Virus record (IMG/VR): IMGVR_UViG_3300048835_000060
Location: 1 to 32,402 of that record
Source of the DNA: a virus
Taxonomy: Duplodnaviria; Caudoviricetes
DNA length: 32,402 nucleotides
Direction: 5' to 3' (one strand)
In this document: positions 14,513 through 22,002 of the stretch, piece by piece
Numbering within the stretch: the stretch's first letter is position 1
How the letters are laid out: each line of letters opens with the position of its first letter
Position numbers and translations under genes: made by a program
Notes under the pieces: model-generated
The model's database searches: none
What the model saw: only the letters and a program-made list of their open reading frames with translations
Told to the model about the DNA's origin: nothing

Positions 14513-15628
14513 CTACTCCTTCGCCTTCAGCAGTTTCCGCAGACGACCAAACTCATTCGAGCAATCGGGCTGCTGGTCGTCCGGCAGGTACTGGATCAGG
14601 TCGCCGAGGGCGTCGAGCGCGTCGAGGTCGGCGGACTTGTGGATCTTGTCCACCAGCTCGGCGTAGGTGATGCTCGGGGCGTCGGCAGGGGGCTCGGTGG
14701 CGGCGTCGAGGCCGGCGGACTGGTCGGCGTCCATATCGGCGTCCTGCGCCGGCGCCGCGCCGCGCCTGGCCGTACGCGCGCGGATCGCGTCCTTCGCCTT
14801 GTCGGCGGCGGTCTTGCCCGCTGGCGGCGGCTCGTCGCCGTCGACCGGGTCGAACCACTCGGCCGGCGTGCTCATGCCGTCGCGCAGGCTCGCGTAGATC
14901 TTCTTCAGCGCCACGACCTGCGCGGGCTGGATCGCGTCGAGCCGGCGCTGGATGCGTGCCTCGATCTGCTCGCGCGTCACGCCGTACGCCGAGAATGCCT
15001 CGAGCATCTTGTGCATCGCGTCCGGCGAGGTGTCGGCCTTCGCCTTCATCGTCGCCTCGCACTGCTTCACCGCGGCCTCGGTGACGTCCCCAGGGATCAC
15101 CGCGAGGATGCAGGCCCGCAGGCGGCGAGAGCCCTGGTTGGCGACCATCTCGTACACGTCGCGCGGATCCTCCAGGCGCGTCACGCCGCGCTTCGTGTGC
15201 CGCACGTGCGGAACGTGAAAGGTCACCTCGCGACGCGTGTTCGTCTCGACGTCCCATGCGAACGCCTGCACGGTGCTGCCGCCGTTGCTCTGCTCGAGCT
15301 CGCGGATGCCGAACTGGAAATTGCCCCACTGCTGCGCCATCGCCTCGGCCAGCCGGATCGACGGGCCCGAGACGTCCGAGCCGCCGCGGCTGTACTGGTA
15401 GATCGCGCTGTCGGCCAGCGTCGGGCGCGTGCAGGCATTCAGGATCCGATCCATCGCGGCGATCGGGTCGCGCGGGTTCATGCGGGCGATCACCATCGCG
15501 GCCTGCACTTCGGCGATCGCGCGCTGCTGGTCGGATTGTGCGAGCGCGCCGCCGCCCGGGCGGGCAGCGATCGGCGCGTCGCCGAACGGGTTGGCGGAGC
15601 GGGTTGCGACGTCGTTCATGTCGGTCAT
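14513..15628 (-). CDS. Putative single-strand annealing / recombination protein
   Basis: Directly downstream of the YqaJ exonuclease; GPSIRLAE...QWGN and RRLRACIL..IP motifs; start MTDMND at 15628 after AAGGA. Confidence 0.65.
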   Translation of the reverse strand: MTDMNDVATRSANPFGDAPIAARPGGGALAQSDQQRAIAEVQAAMVIARMNPRDPIAAMDRILNACTRPTLADSAIYQYSRGGSDVSGPSIRLAEAMAQQWGNFQFGIRELEQSNGGSTVQAFAWDVETNTRREVTFHVPHVRHTKRGVTRLEDPRDVYEMVANQGSRRLRACILAVIPGDVTEAAVKQCEATMKAKADTSPDAMHKMLEAFSAYGVTREQIEARIQRRLDAIQPAQVVALKKIYASLRDGMSTPAEWFDPVDGDEPPPAGKTAADKAKDAIRARTARRGAAPAQDADMDADQSAGLDAATEPPADAPSITYAELVDKIHKSADLDALDALGDLIQYLPDDQQPDCSNEFGRLRKLLKAKE

Positions 15629-15654
15629 GTCCTTGCGTGGGTGGTAGCGGGTTT

Positions 15655-16572
15655 TCAGGCTGCCTTGACGAGGAACCGCCGCGACGGCTCCCCGGCCTTG
15701 ACGAAGCGCTCGTAGACGTCGGGCAGCGCGGCCTTGAGCGCGGCAGAATCGAGGCGCCTGGCCGGCGCCGCGGCCTTCCAGGTGGCGAGCGTCTTGCCGG
15801 TCGGGTCGGTGAGCGTGTCGGCCTCGCCCAGCGCGCCCATGACGACGGCGCGCGCCTCTTCCTCGGCCGCGTCGAGCGCCTCGCGCTCGGCCTTGATCGT
15901 GCGCAGCCGCGCGACGGCTCGTTCGACGTCCGCCGATGCGACGACGCTGGCCGACCTGCTCGCGCGCCCGTAGCGGGCCTGCATGTCGGCGTAGCTCACC
16001 GGCTCGGGCGGCTCGCCGCGCTGCACGCGCGACCAGAATTCGGCCTCGGCCTCGATCAGCATCTCCTGCAGCTCGCGGTCCTCGGGCACCTCGTAGATGC
16101 GGAAGTCCGACCCGCCGATCAGCACCGCCACGTCGGCCACGGCGATGCTGGTCACGGCCATGTAGTGCTGCACCTGCAGCAGGTAGATCTGCGGCACCTG
16201 GTCGGTCCCGGGCTCGCCCCAGCCCTCGGCGGTGCGCGCGGTCTTGGCCTCGAAGAGGCGCAGATCCGCCTGCCCCTCGGCGCCGGCGAAGCCGTCGATG
16301 TTGGCGACCATGAAGTCGCGCTCGGGGTGGCGCAGCATGCCGGTGGGCACGCGCACCTCGCGCCCGGTCTCGTCGGCGTACGCCTGACGCACGACCGGCT
16401 CGAGGTAGCGGCCCCAGCGCATCGCCTCGTTGTCGGGTTGCGACGCGACCTCGCCGCGCTTTTCCTGGAACACCTGCAGCGGCGTGCGCCACTTCGACAG
16501 TCCGAGGATCGCGGCCACGTCGCTGCCGCCGATCCCGGTTTTCCGTTCCTCGAGCCACTGTTCTCGGTTCAT
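15655..16572 (-). CDS. YqaJ-like viral recombinase exonuclease
   Basis: WLEERKTGIGGSDVAAILGLSKW.TP, G..LEP, ANIDG, EAKT, QVQHYM motifs; start MNREQW at 16572. Confidence 0.93.
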   Translation of the reverse strand: MNREQWLEERKTGIGGSDVAAILGLSKWRTPLQVFQEKRGEVASQPDNEAMRWGRYLEPVVRQAYADETGREVRVPTGMLRHPERDFMVANIDGFAGAEGQADLRLFEAKTARTAEGWGEPGTDQVPQIYLLQVQHYMAVTSIAVADVAVLIGGSDFRIYEVPEDRELQEMLIEAEAEFWSRVQRGEPPEPVSYADMQARYGRASRSASVVASADVERAVARLRTIKAEREALDAAEEEARAVVMGALGEADTLTDPTGKTLATWKAAAPARRLDSAALKAALPDVYERFVKAGEPSRRFLVKAA

Positions 16573-16742
16573 GCTGCTCTCCTGAGCTTGCGCGCCGCCC
16601 GCTGCGGCTGCTGCCCGAACATCGGCCGGATCGCGAGCCCGCGCGGATGCCGGCGGGTCAGGTCGGCCACGCGGGCGAGCAGCTCGCGGTAGGCGTCGTG
16701 CGAGGCGCGCATGGCGAGGATCTCGTTGAGGCGGTCTTTCAT
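16569..16742 (-). CDS. Small hypothetical protein (57 aa, not in ORF track)
   Basis: MKDRLNEILAMRASHDAYRELLARVADL...; stop overlaps the YqaJ start. Confidence 0.5.
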   Translation of the reverse strand: MKDRLNEILAMRASHDAYRELLARVADLTRRHPRGLAIRPMFGQQPQRAARKLRRAA

Positions 16743-16745
16743 GGC

Positions 16746-16982
16746 TCAATCCATCCGTGCGAGAAGCGCCGCGAGCTGCGGCCACACCTGATTCGGCCGT
16801 CCGTCCAGCCAGTCGAGCAGCGACACCGCGCCGCCCACCACGAACGCGAGCAGCAGCAGGAACGCGCAGCCGCAGACGGCGAGCGCCAGCAAGTCGGCGA
16901 AGCGGGCCCGGTGCATGGCGAGGTCGGCCTGGCGGGACGCGCGCATCGCGGCGCCCTCCTGGCGCAGGTAGGCGGGCCGCAT
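16746..16982 (-). CDS. Small membrane protein
   Basis: MRPAYLRQ... with TM segment LLALAVCGCAFLLLLAFVVGGAV; TGATG coupling. Confidence 0.55.
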   Translation of the reverse strand: MRPAYLRQEGAAMRASRQADLAMHRARFADLLALAVCGCAFLLLLAFVVGGAVSLLDWLDGRPNQVWPQLAALLARMD

Positions 16983-17287
16983 CACGCCGCTTCCCACGCG
17001 ACGTCGCGCTCGCGCTGCCACGTCAGCTCGGCCATCTCGCGCACGTGCGTCAGCGCGGTGCACACGCGCCCCGGCGGGTGCAGGCTGTCGAGCAGCTCGG
17101 ACAGGTCCGGCGTCTCGTACTCGCCGACGAGCATCGACACGCGCACGTCGAGCCATTCGGCCGGCTCGGCGTCGTGGCAGCGTTCCGGCGGTCCGTAGGT
17201 CCGCGCCGGGACGGCCGGCGAGAACGCGCCGACAACACGCCACGATTGGCCCAGTGCCTCGAAGGTCACGTCGATGTGGCGGATCAT
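16982..17287 (-). CDS. Hypothetical protein
   Basis: AAGGAG RBS; YGPPE.C..AEPAE motif recalled from phage early proteins. Confidence 0.65.
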   Translation of the reverse strand: MIRHIDVTFEALGQSWRVVGAFSPAVPARTYGPPERCHDAEPAEWLDVRVSMLVGEYETPDLSELLDSLHPPGRVCTALTHVREMAELTWQRERDVAWEAA

Positions 17288-17547
17288 GCTGCTTGCTCCT
17301 TCGTGGTCTCGGCGACGTCGGCGGCCGTGGCCTCGGCGACGTCGGCGGCCGCGATCAGTTGCGCAGCAACGGCTCGGGCCTTGGCGGCGTCGAATTCCAG
17401 CGAGAGGTAGATGTGCCCGCGCCGAACGCTGAAATCCACATTCCGGCCGTCCGTGCGAACCACGGTGTAGTTGCCCGCTTCTTGGCCGGAAGCCATCACC
17501 TCGTAGGCGTATGCATTGCTGCCGGTGGATTGAAAGTCGTGGCTCAT
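17284..17547 (-). CDS. Hypothetical protein
   Basis: GGAGG RBS; ARAVAAQLIAAADVAE helix. Confidence 0.6.
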   Translation of the reverse strand: MSHDFQSTGSNAYAYEVMASGQEAGNYTVVRTDGRNVDFSVRRGHIYLSLEFDAAKARAVAAQLIAAADVAEATAADVAETTKEQAA

Positions 17548-17864
17548 GCCAGCAGTCCTCCCAGCTTAAGCACGCGCGTCGCGCGCTCGATCACCTGATC
17601 GTCGGCCGGCGTTCGCGCAGCGCGACCGGCGAGCTTGAGCGTCTCCGCGAGGGCTTCGCGCAGCAGGCGGTTCGTGCGGGCGAGCTGCTCGGCATCCTTC
17701 TGCAGCAGGTTGGCGCGGAAGCCGTCGGCGGCGGCCTGCGGGCTGTCGGCGAGCCTGGGGAGATCGGCCAGCGCGATGCGCTCGTCGGCGTGGATCGGCG
17801 CGGTCGGGCCGGCGTGGCCAATGGGCTGGCCGGCGTTGGCGTAGCGGGTGAGGGCGGCGGACAT
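17544..17864 (-). CDS. First gene of the leftward operon, hypothetical
   Basis: GGAG RBS; helical/coiled-coil composition; no HTH or S24 peptidase motif seen. Confidence 0.6.
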   Translation of the reverse strand: MSAALTRYANAGQPIGHAGPTAPIHADERIALADLPRLADSPQAAADGFRANLLQKDAEQLARTNRLLREALAETLKLAGRAARTPADDQVIERATRVLKLGGLLA

Positions 17865-17897
17865 CTGCGGCTCCGATCGTTGGTGACGATGGAGCCA

Positions 17898-17927
17898 AGT
17901 CTACGCGCAGTTGACCGCACAAGTCAA
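17898..17927 (-). promoter_or_regulatory. Leftward sigma70-type promoter (pL-like)
   Basis: Minus strand TTGACT (17927-17922) - 18 nt - TAGACT (17903-17898). Confidence 0.7.
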
Positions 17928-17993
17928 CAGGCAGTAGACGCCATGATTGAGGGTCTACGGTGGGTTGACATTCATAGTCTACGCACAGTAGAC
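17899..17993. promoter_or_regulatory. Four 17-bp palindromic operators GTC(T/A)AC-N5-GT(T/A)GAC
   Basis: Sites at 17899-17915, 17923-17939, 17953-17969 and 17977-17993; 24-bp period within each pair. Confidence 0.88.
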
Positions 17994-17994
17994 T
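17965..17994 (+). promoter_or_regulatory. Rightward sigma70-type promoter (pR-like)
   Basis: TTGACA (17965-17970) - 18 nt - TAGACT (17989-17994). Confidence 0.75.
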
Positions 17995-18001
17995 TGCCGG
18001 C

Positions 18002-18271
18002 ATGAGCACCGAACTGATCGAACTGCGCGCATACGCAGAGGCAAACGGGGGCATCACAGAGGTGGCCTCAACGCTCGGGGTCACGAAGGGCGTGTTCTGG
18101 GCGTGGTTGAACCGGGGGCAGGTCCCGGCAGATCAATGCCCGGCCGTCGAGCGCGCGACCGGCGTGCGCCGATGGGCTCTGCGCCCCGACGACTGGTTCC
18201 GCATCTGGCCGGAACTGATGGTCGAGCCCGGCGCCCCCGCAGTCCCCGCTACCACGCCAGAGCCCTCGTAG
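18002..18271 (+). CDS. cro: Cro-like (YdaS-type) HTH regulator
   Basis: GGITEVASTLGVT...W..RGQVPADQCPAVERATGV....LRPDDW..IWPEL, the YdaS/Cro pattern; first gene after pR. Confidence 0.85.
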   Translation: MSTELIELRAYAEANGGITEVASTLGVTKGVFWAWLNRGQVPADQCPAVERATGVRRWALRPDDWFRIWPELMVEPGAPAVPATTPEPS

Positions 18272-18282
18272 GGCGTCACGCG

Positions 18283-18387
18283 ATGACGCCAGAGCAGGTG
18301 GAGTTGCGCCGCATGGAAGTCGCGGGCGAGATCGAGATCGAGCGGGGCAGCGGCAAGCGGCCCGACCGAGTGCGGAGGGCGCGGTGA
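18283..18387 (+). CDS. Small hypothetical protein (34 aa)
   Basis: MTPEQVELRRME...; GTGA overlap with the next gene. Confidence 0.35.
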   Translation: MTPEQVELRRMEVAGEIEIERGSGKRPDRVRRAR

Positions 18388-18656
18388 GCGATCGCCGCCT
18401 CAAGCCCGAAATCCGCGATCGGTGGATCGTGGACATGCTGGCGTATCGCGGCCCGATGGACGTGGCCGAAATCGGCCATCAACTCGGTCTGTCGGTGCGC
18501 CACATGCAGGGCGTCGTGCGCGAGCTTCGCAAGGCCGGCGCAATCGAGATAGCGCCGGGTCGGCGTGGCCTTGGGCGGCGCGGCAGGCTGCCAACGTTGT
18601 ACCGGGTCGTAGAGGACCGGCAGTCGCGGTACGCGCAGGACAGGGTGGCGCGGTGA
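18384..18656 (+). CDS. Winged-helix DNA-binding protein
   Basis: GPMDVAEIGHQLGLS...VVRELRKAGAI...GR.PTLYR; GGAGG RBS. Confidence 0.7.
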   Translation: MSDRRLKPEIRDRWIVDMLAYRGPMDVAEIGHQLGLSVRHMQGVVRELRKAGAIEIAPGRRGLGRRGRLPTLYRVVEDRQSRYAQDRVAR

Positions 18657-18847
18657 AGGTCGCCGAGCTTTCGCCGCTTGAGCGCCATCTGCGCGTCGTG
18701 CGCACGATCGGCGCGCACCGGCCGGCGGCGCCGGATTACGTCGCCTACGGGCGCATGAAGGCCGAACTGGTGCGCGACTTCCCCGACCTTGAGCCGGCCG
18801 AGTACAGCCGGGCAGTGCGCGAGATCGCGCGAGCGACGGGGGTGTGA
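18653..18847 (+). CDS. Hypothetical protein
   Basis: GTG 18653 coupled to the upstream stop; Y..MKA.L...P...EY..AVR.IA...GV pattern. Confidence 0.55.
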   Translation: MKVAELSPLERHLRVVRTIGAHRPAAPDYVAYGRMKAELVRDFPDLEPAEYSRAVREIARATGV

Positions 18848-18942
18848 TGCGCTTCATCCGTCACTGGATCAGGCTGCGCTCGTTCTCGGCGGCGCGATGG
18901 CTGCGCGCCTACGAACGGGCCGAGCGGAGACATTGGCAATGA
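18847..18942 (+). CDS. Small Arg/Trp-rich peptide (31 aa, not in ORF track)
   Basis: MRFIRHWIRLRSFSAARWLRAYERAERRHWQ*; TGATG and ATGA overlaps at its two ends. Confidence 0.45.
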   Translation: MRFIRHWIRLRSFSAARWLRAYERAERRHWQ

Positions 18943-19400
18943 ACGCGCGCAACGTCTTGGACCGATTCAACGAGAAGGTCCATCGATCGACCGAGTGCTG
19001 GACATGGATAGCACGCCGCACGCCGCAGGGTTACGGAAGGTTCAGCTTGCGCGGCAAGAATCGTCTTGCTCATCGAGTGGCATTTGAACTGTTCGTGCGC
19101 CACCTGGACGACGGGGAGCAGGTTCTTCATAGATGCGATAACCCATCATGCGTTCGCCCGGACCACCTTTGGATCGGAGACAACGCGGCCAATGTGGCAG
19201 ATAAGGTTCGTAAAGGGCGCGCGAAGGGGTTTGTAGGCGAGAGCAATCCACGGGCTCTGCTACGGAACAAGGACATCCCAGTAATCAGGAGGCTTGCGGC
19301 AAGCGGCCAGATGCAAAAACTGATCGCCGCGCAATTCAACGTCCGCCCACACGTCGTTGGTGAGATTGTGCGCGGGAAGAATTGGAGGAAAGTCACTTGA
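18939..19400 (+). CDS. HNH homing endonuclease with C-terminal HTH
   Basis: ECWTW...GYG...AHRVAF...VLHRCDNPSCVRPDHL..G...N..D; GESNP.A.L; lower GC; ATG 18939 after GGAGA. Confidence 0.9.
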   Translation: MNARNVLDRFNEKVHRSTECWTWIARRTPQGYGRFSLRGKNRLAHRVAFELFVRHLDDGEQVLHRCDNPSCVRPDHLWIGDNAANVADKVRKGRAKGFVGESNPRALLRNKDIPVIRRLAASGQMQKLIAAQFNVRPHVVGEIVRGKNWRKVT

Positions 19401-21166
19401 ACGCCCGCGAGTTGGCCGATCGCCTCGCCGAGAACGCCGCGGACGTAGCCGCCATGCTGCTGCCGGCCGGCAAGCGGCACGGGCAGGAGTGGAAGGCGGG
19501 GTCGGTCACGGGCGAGGCCGGCGGATCGCTGTCGGTGCGCATCACTGGATCGAAGCGCGGCGTCTGGAAGGACTTCGCTACGGGCGAGGGCGGCGACCTG
19601 CTCGACCTGTTCGCGGCCCGCCGCGGCTGCTCGATCGCCGAGGCCATGCGGGAAGCGGCGGCGTACCTGGGCGTGTCGCTGGACGCGCCGATCAAGCCGC
19701 AGCGCACTTACTCGCGGCCCGCGAAGCCAGACGGCAGCCGGCCGCGCTCGCGCGTCGCTGCATGGCTCGCGTCGCGCGGCTTGACCGAGCAGACGATTGC
19801 CGAGTTTCGGCTGGCCGGAAACCCGGACGATACCGCCGTCCTGATGCCGTACCTGCGCGACGGCGAGCTCGTCAACGTCAAGACCCGCCTTCTCGCCGAG
19901 AAGAAGATGTGGCAGGCGAAGGACTCGGAGCCGTGCCTGTTCGGCTGGCATCTGGTCGATCCGAAGGCGCGCAGCATCTGCATCACCGAGGGCGAAATCG
20001 ACGCCATGACGCTGCATCAGGTCGGCATCCCGGCCATGAGCGTCAATCAGGGCGCCGGAAACCATCAGTGGATCGACTCGGATTGGGAGCGCTTGCAGCG
20101 CTTCTCCGACATCGTGTTGTGCTACGACGACGACGACGCCGGCAGGAAGGGCGCGCGCGAGGTCGCCAACCGGCTCGGGCTGGATCGCTGCCGGGTGTGC
20201 AGGTTCCCGACGAAGGACGCGAACGAGTTCCTGTTGGCCGGCGCCAACGCGGATGACTTCGCCTTCCACGTCCGCGAGGCGCGGCCGATCGACCCGGATG
20301 AACTGGTATCGGCCTCGATCTTCGTCGACGAGGTAATCGCCGACCTGCACACGCTGGCCGATGCGCCAGTCGATCCGGCGCTCTACGTCGGCATGGATCA
20401 CGAGTGGTTCCGGTTTCGGCCCGGCGAGGTGTCGGTATGGACCGGGTACAACGGCCACGGGAAGTCGCAGTTTCTCGGTCAGGCCATGCTCGGCCTGATG
20501 CGCAACGACGAACGCGTGCTGATCTTCTCGGGCGAGATGTTGCCGAAGAAGATCATGTCGCGCCTGACGCGCCAGGCGGCCGGCTGCGGCGATCCGACGA
20601 TCCCGTACATCCGCCAGGTCAATCGCTGGTTCGATGATCGCCTGTGGCTGTACCGGCACGTCGGGCAGGCCGACAGCACGCGGCTGCTCGAGGTGTTCGC
20701 CTACGGCGCCAGGCGGTACGGCATCCGGCACTTCGTCGTCGACTCGCTGATGATGCTGGCCGACGTGCCCGAGGAAGGCAAGGGCGCCTTCGAGGCGCAG
20801 CGGCAGTTCATGTCGCGCGTGACGGCCTTCGCCAAGCAGTTCGCCGCGCACGTCAACGTCGTGGCTCACCCGCGCAAGGCGGCCGACGAAAAGTCCGGGC
20901 CAGGAAAGCTCGACGTCTCAGGCTCCGGGAAGATCACGAACATGGCCGACAACGTGTTCAGCGTGTGGGCCAGGTTGCGCGAGGAAACCGAGGCGGACGA
21001 CGGCTCGCCGGACGCGAAGGTCGAGCTGCTCAAGCAGAGAAACGGCGAGGCGCAGCACCGGGCCATGTACCTGTGGTTCGAGCCGCGCAGTCTCCAATAC
21101 TGCATCACGAACAAGCGCCGAGCGGTGCAGTACATGCCGGCCGAGCAAGCGGAGCCTGTGCGGTGA
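19397..21166 (+). CDS. Bifunctional DNA primase-helicase (TOPRIM + SF4 helicase, T7 gp4/Twinkle-like)
   Basis: ITEGEIDAM and YDDDDAG TOPRIM motifs; Walker A TGYNGHGKS, FVVDSL, VAHPRK, SGSGKI; TTG start 19397 after GGAGG. Confidence 0.92.
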   Translation: MNARELADRLAENAADVAAMLLPAGKRHGQEWKAGSVTGEAGGSLSVRITGSKRGVWKDFATGEGGDLLDLFAARRGCSIAEAMREAAAYLGVSLDAPIKPQRTYSRPAKPDGSRPRSRVAAWLASRGLTEQTIAEFRLAGNPDDTAVLMPYLRDGELVNVKTRLLAEKKMWQAKDSEPCLFGWHLVDPKARSICITEGEIDAMTLHQVGIPAMSVNQGAGNHQWIDSDWERLQRFSDIVLCYDDDDAGRKGAREVANRLGLDRCRVCRFPTKDANEFLLAGANADDFAFHVREARPIDPDELVSASIFVDEVIADLHTLADAPVDPALYVGMDHEWFRFRPGEVSVWTGYNGHGKSQFLGQAMLGLMRNDERVLIFSGEMLPKKIMSRLTRQAAGCGDPTIPYIRQVNRWFDDRLWLYRHVGQADSTRLLEVFAYGARRYGIRHFVVDSLMMLADVPEEGKGAFEAQRQFMSRVTAFAKQFAAHVNVVAHPRKAADEKSGPGKLDVSGSGKITNMADNVFSVWARLREETEADDGSPDAKVELLKQRNGEAQHRAMYLWFEPRSLQYCITNKRRAVQYMPAEQAEPVR

Positions 21167-22002
21167 ACTTCTACCCGTTTCACATCGGCGACTACGCCAG
21201 CGCGACGGCTCACCTGTCGATCGTCGAGGACGGCGTTTACCGTCGTTTGCTCGACGTGTACTACGTCCGCGAAGCGCCGATTCCGGCCGACACGCGCCAG
21301 GTGTATCGACTGGTGCGCGCACAGTCAGACTGTGAACGCGAAGCCGTCGAAACGATCCTGCGCGAATTCTTCACCGAGACGCCGGAGGGCTGGCGACATT
21401 CTCGCTGTGACGCCGAGATTGCGCGCGCAAACGACAAGAAGCGCAAGGCCAAAGAGTCGGCAGAGGCGCGATGGGGAAATGCGAAGGCAGAATCCGAGCC
21501 AATGCGTCCGCAATGCGATGGTAATGCGAACGCATATGCGAACGCACCAGAGCAACCATGCGAACGCATGAAAAGTCCGTGCGAAGGCAATGCTCCCAAT
21601 CCCAATCCCAATCCCAAAGAAGAAAACACCCCCCTACCCCCCGCAAGCGGGGGGCGAGACCGACCAGGACGGGCCACGACAAGCGACGGCTTCGAGCAGT
21701 TCTGGGCGGCGTACCCGAAGCGGGTGAGCAAAGGCGCTGCACGCAAGGCGTGGACCAAGCTGAAACCGAGCGAGCAGCTCCTGCAGGCGATTCTCGCCGG
21801 CATCGGGCGGGCCAAGACCTCGGCTCAGTGGCTCCGTGACGACGGCCGCTTTGTCCCGCACCCGGCGACGTGGCTCAACGCCGAAGGCTGGCTCGACGAC
21901 CCGCCGACCAGCGGCGGGAAACCCGATGAGCAGTGGTGGCTCGGAAGAGGCTTCGGCACGCGAGAGTCCGCGATCGCAGCCGGCGCCAGGGAACCGGCAT
22001 GA
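21163..22002 (+). CDS. Replication initiator (DUF1376/YdaU-type N-terminus)
   Basis: NFYPFHIGDY...T.HLS..E.GVYRRLLD.YY; C-terminal FEQFWAAYPKR..K..A.KAW and PHPATWLN..W.D; internal iterons. Confidence 0.85.
   Translation: MNFYPFHIGDYASATAHLSIVEDGVYRRLLDVYYVREAPIPADTRQVYRLVRAQSDCEREAVETILREFFTETPEGWRHSRCDAEIARANDKKRKAKESAEARWGNAKAESEPMRPQCDGNANAYANAPEQPCERMKSPCEGNAPNPNPNPKEENTPLPPASGGRDRPGRATTSDGFEQFWAAYPKRVSKGAARKAWTKLKPSEQLLQAILAGIGRAKTSAQWLRDDGRFVPHPATWLNAEGWLDDPPTSGGKPDEQWWLGRGFGTRESAIAAGAREPA
21479..21640. other. Putative replication origin: iterons inside the initiator gene
   Basis: ATGCGAACGCA at 21524, 21536 and 21558; variants at 21479, 21502, 21513 and 21579; then (TCCCAA)x4 at 21594-21617 and an A-rich tract. 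Confidence 0.75.

Noticed and set aside
14513-16558. 681-aa ORF suggesting an exonuclease-annealase fusion or frameshift
   Set aside because: The upstream part is an alternative frame of the YqaJ gene; the annealase-like gene has its own RBS and ATG at 15628, and no slippery site was noticed.
17869-17896. Inverted repeat GGCTCC..ATCGT/ACGAT..GGAGCC as a nut/boxB site or sRNA
   Set aside because: It straddles the predicted pL start, so the full stem is probably not transcribed; no boxA or N-like gene identified.
17899-17993. Operators as host LexA (SOS) boxes
   Set aside because: They do not match the CTGT-N8-ACAG box of Beta/Gammaproteobacteria; the 17-bp dyads look phage-specific.
20644-21162. 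N-terminal extension of the initiator in the ORF track
   Set aside because: Overlaps the helicase in another frame; the DUF1376 motif begins at GTG 21163, coupled to the helicase stop.
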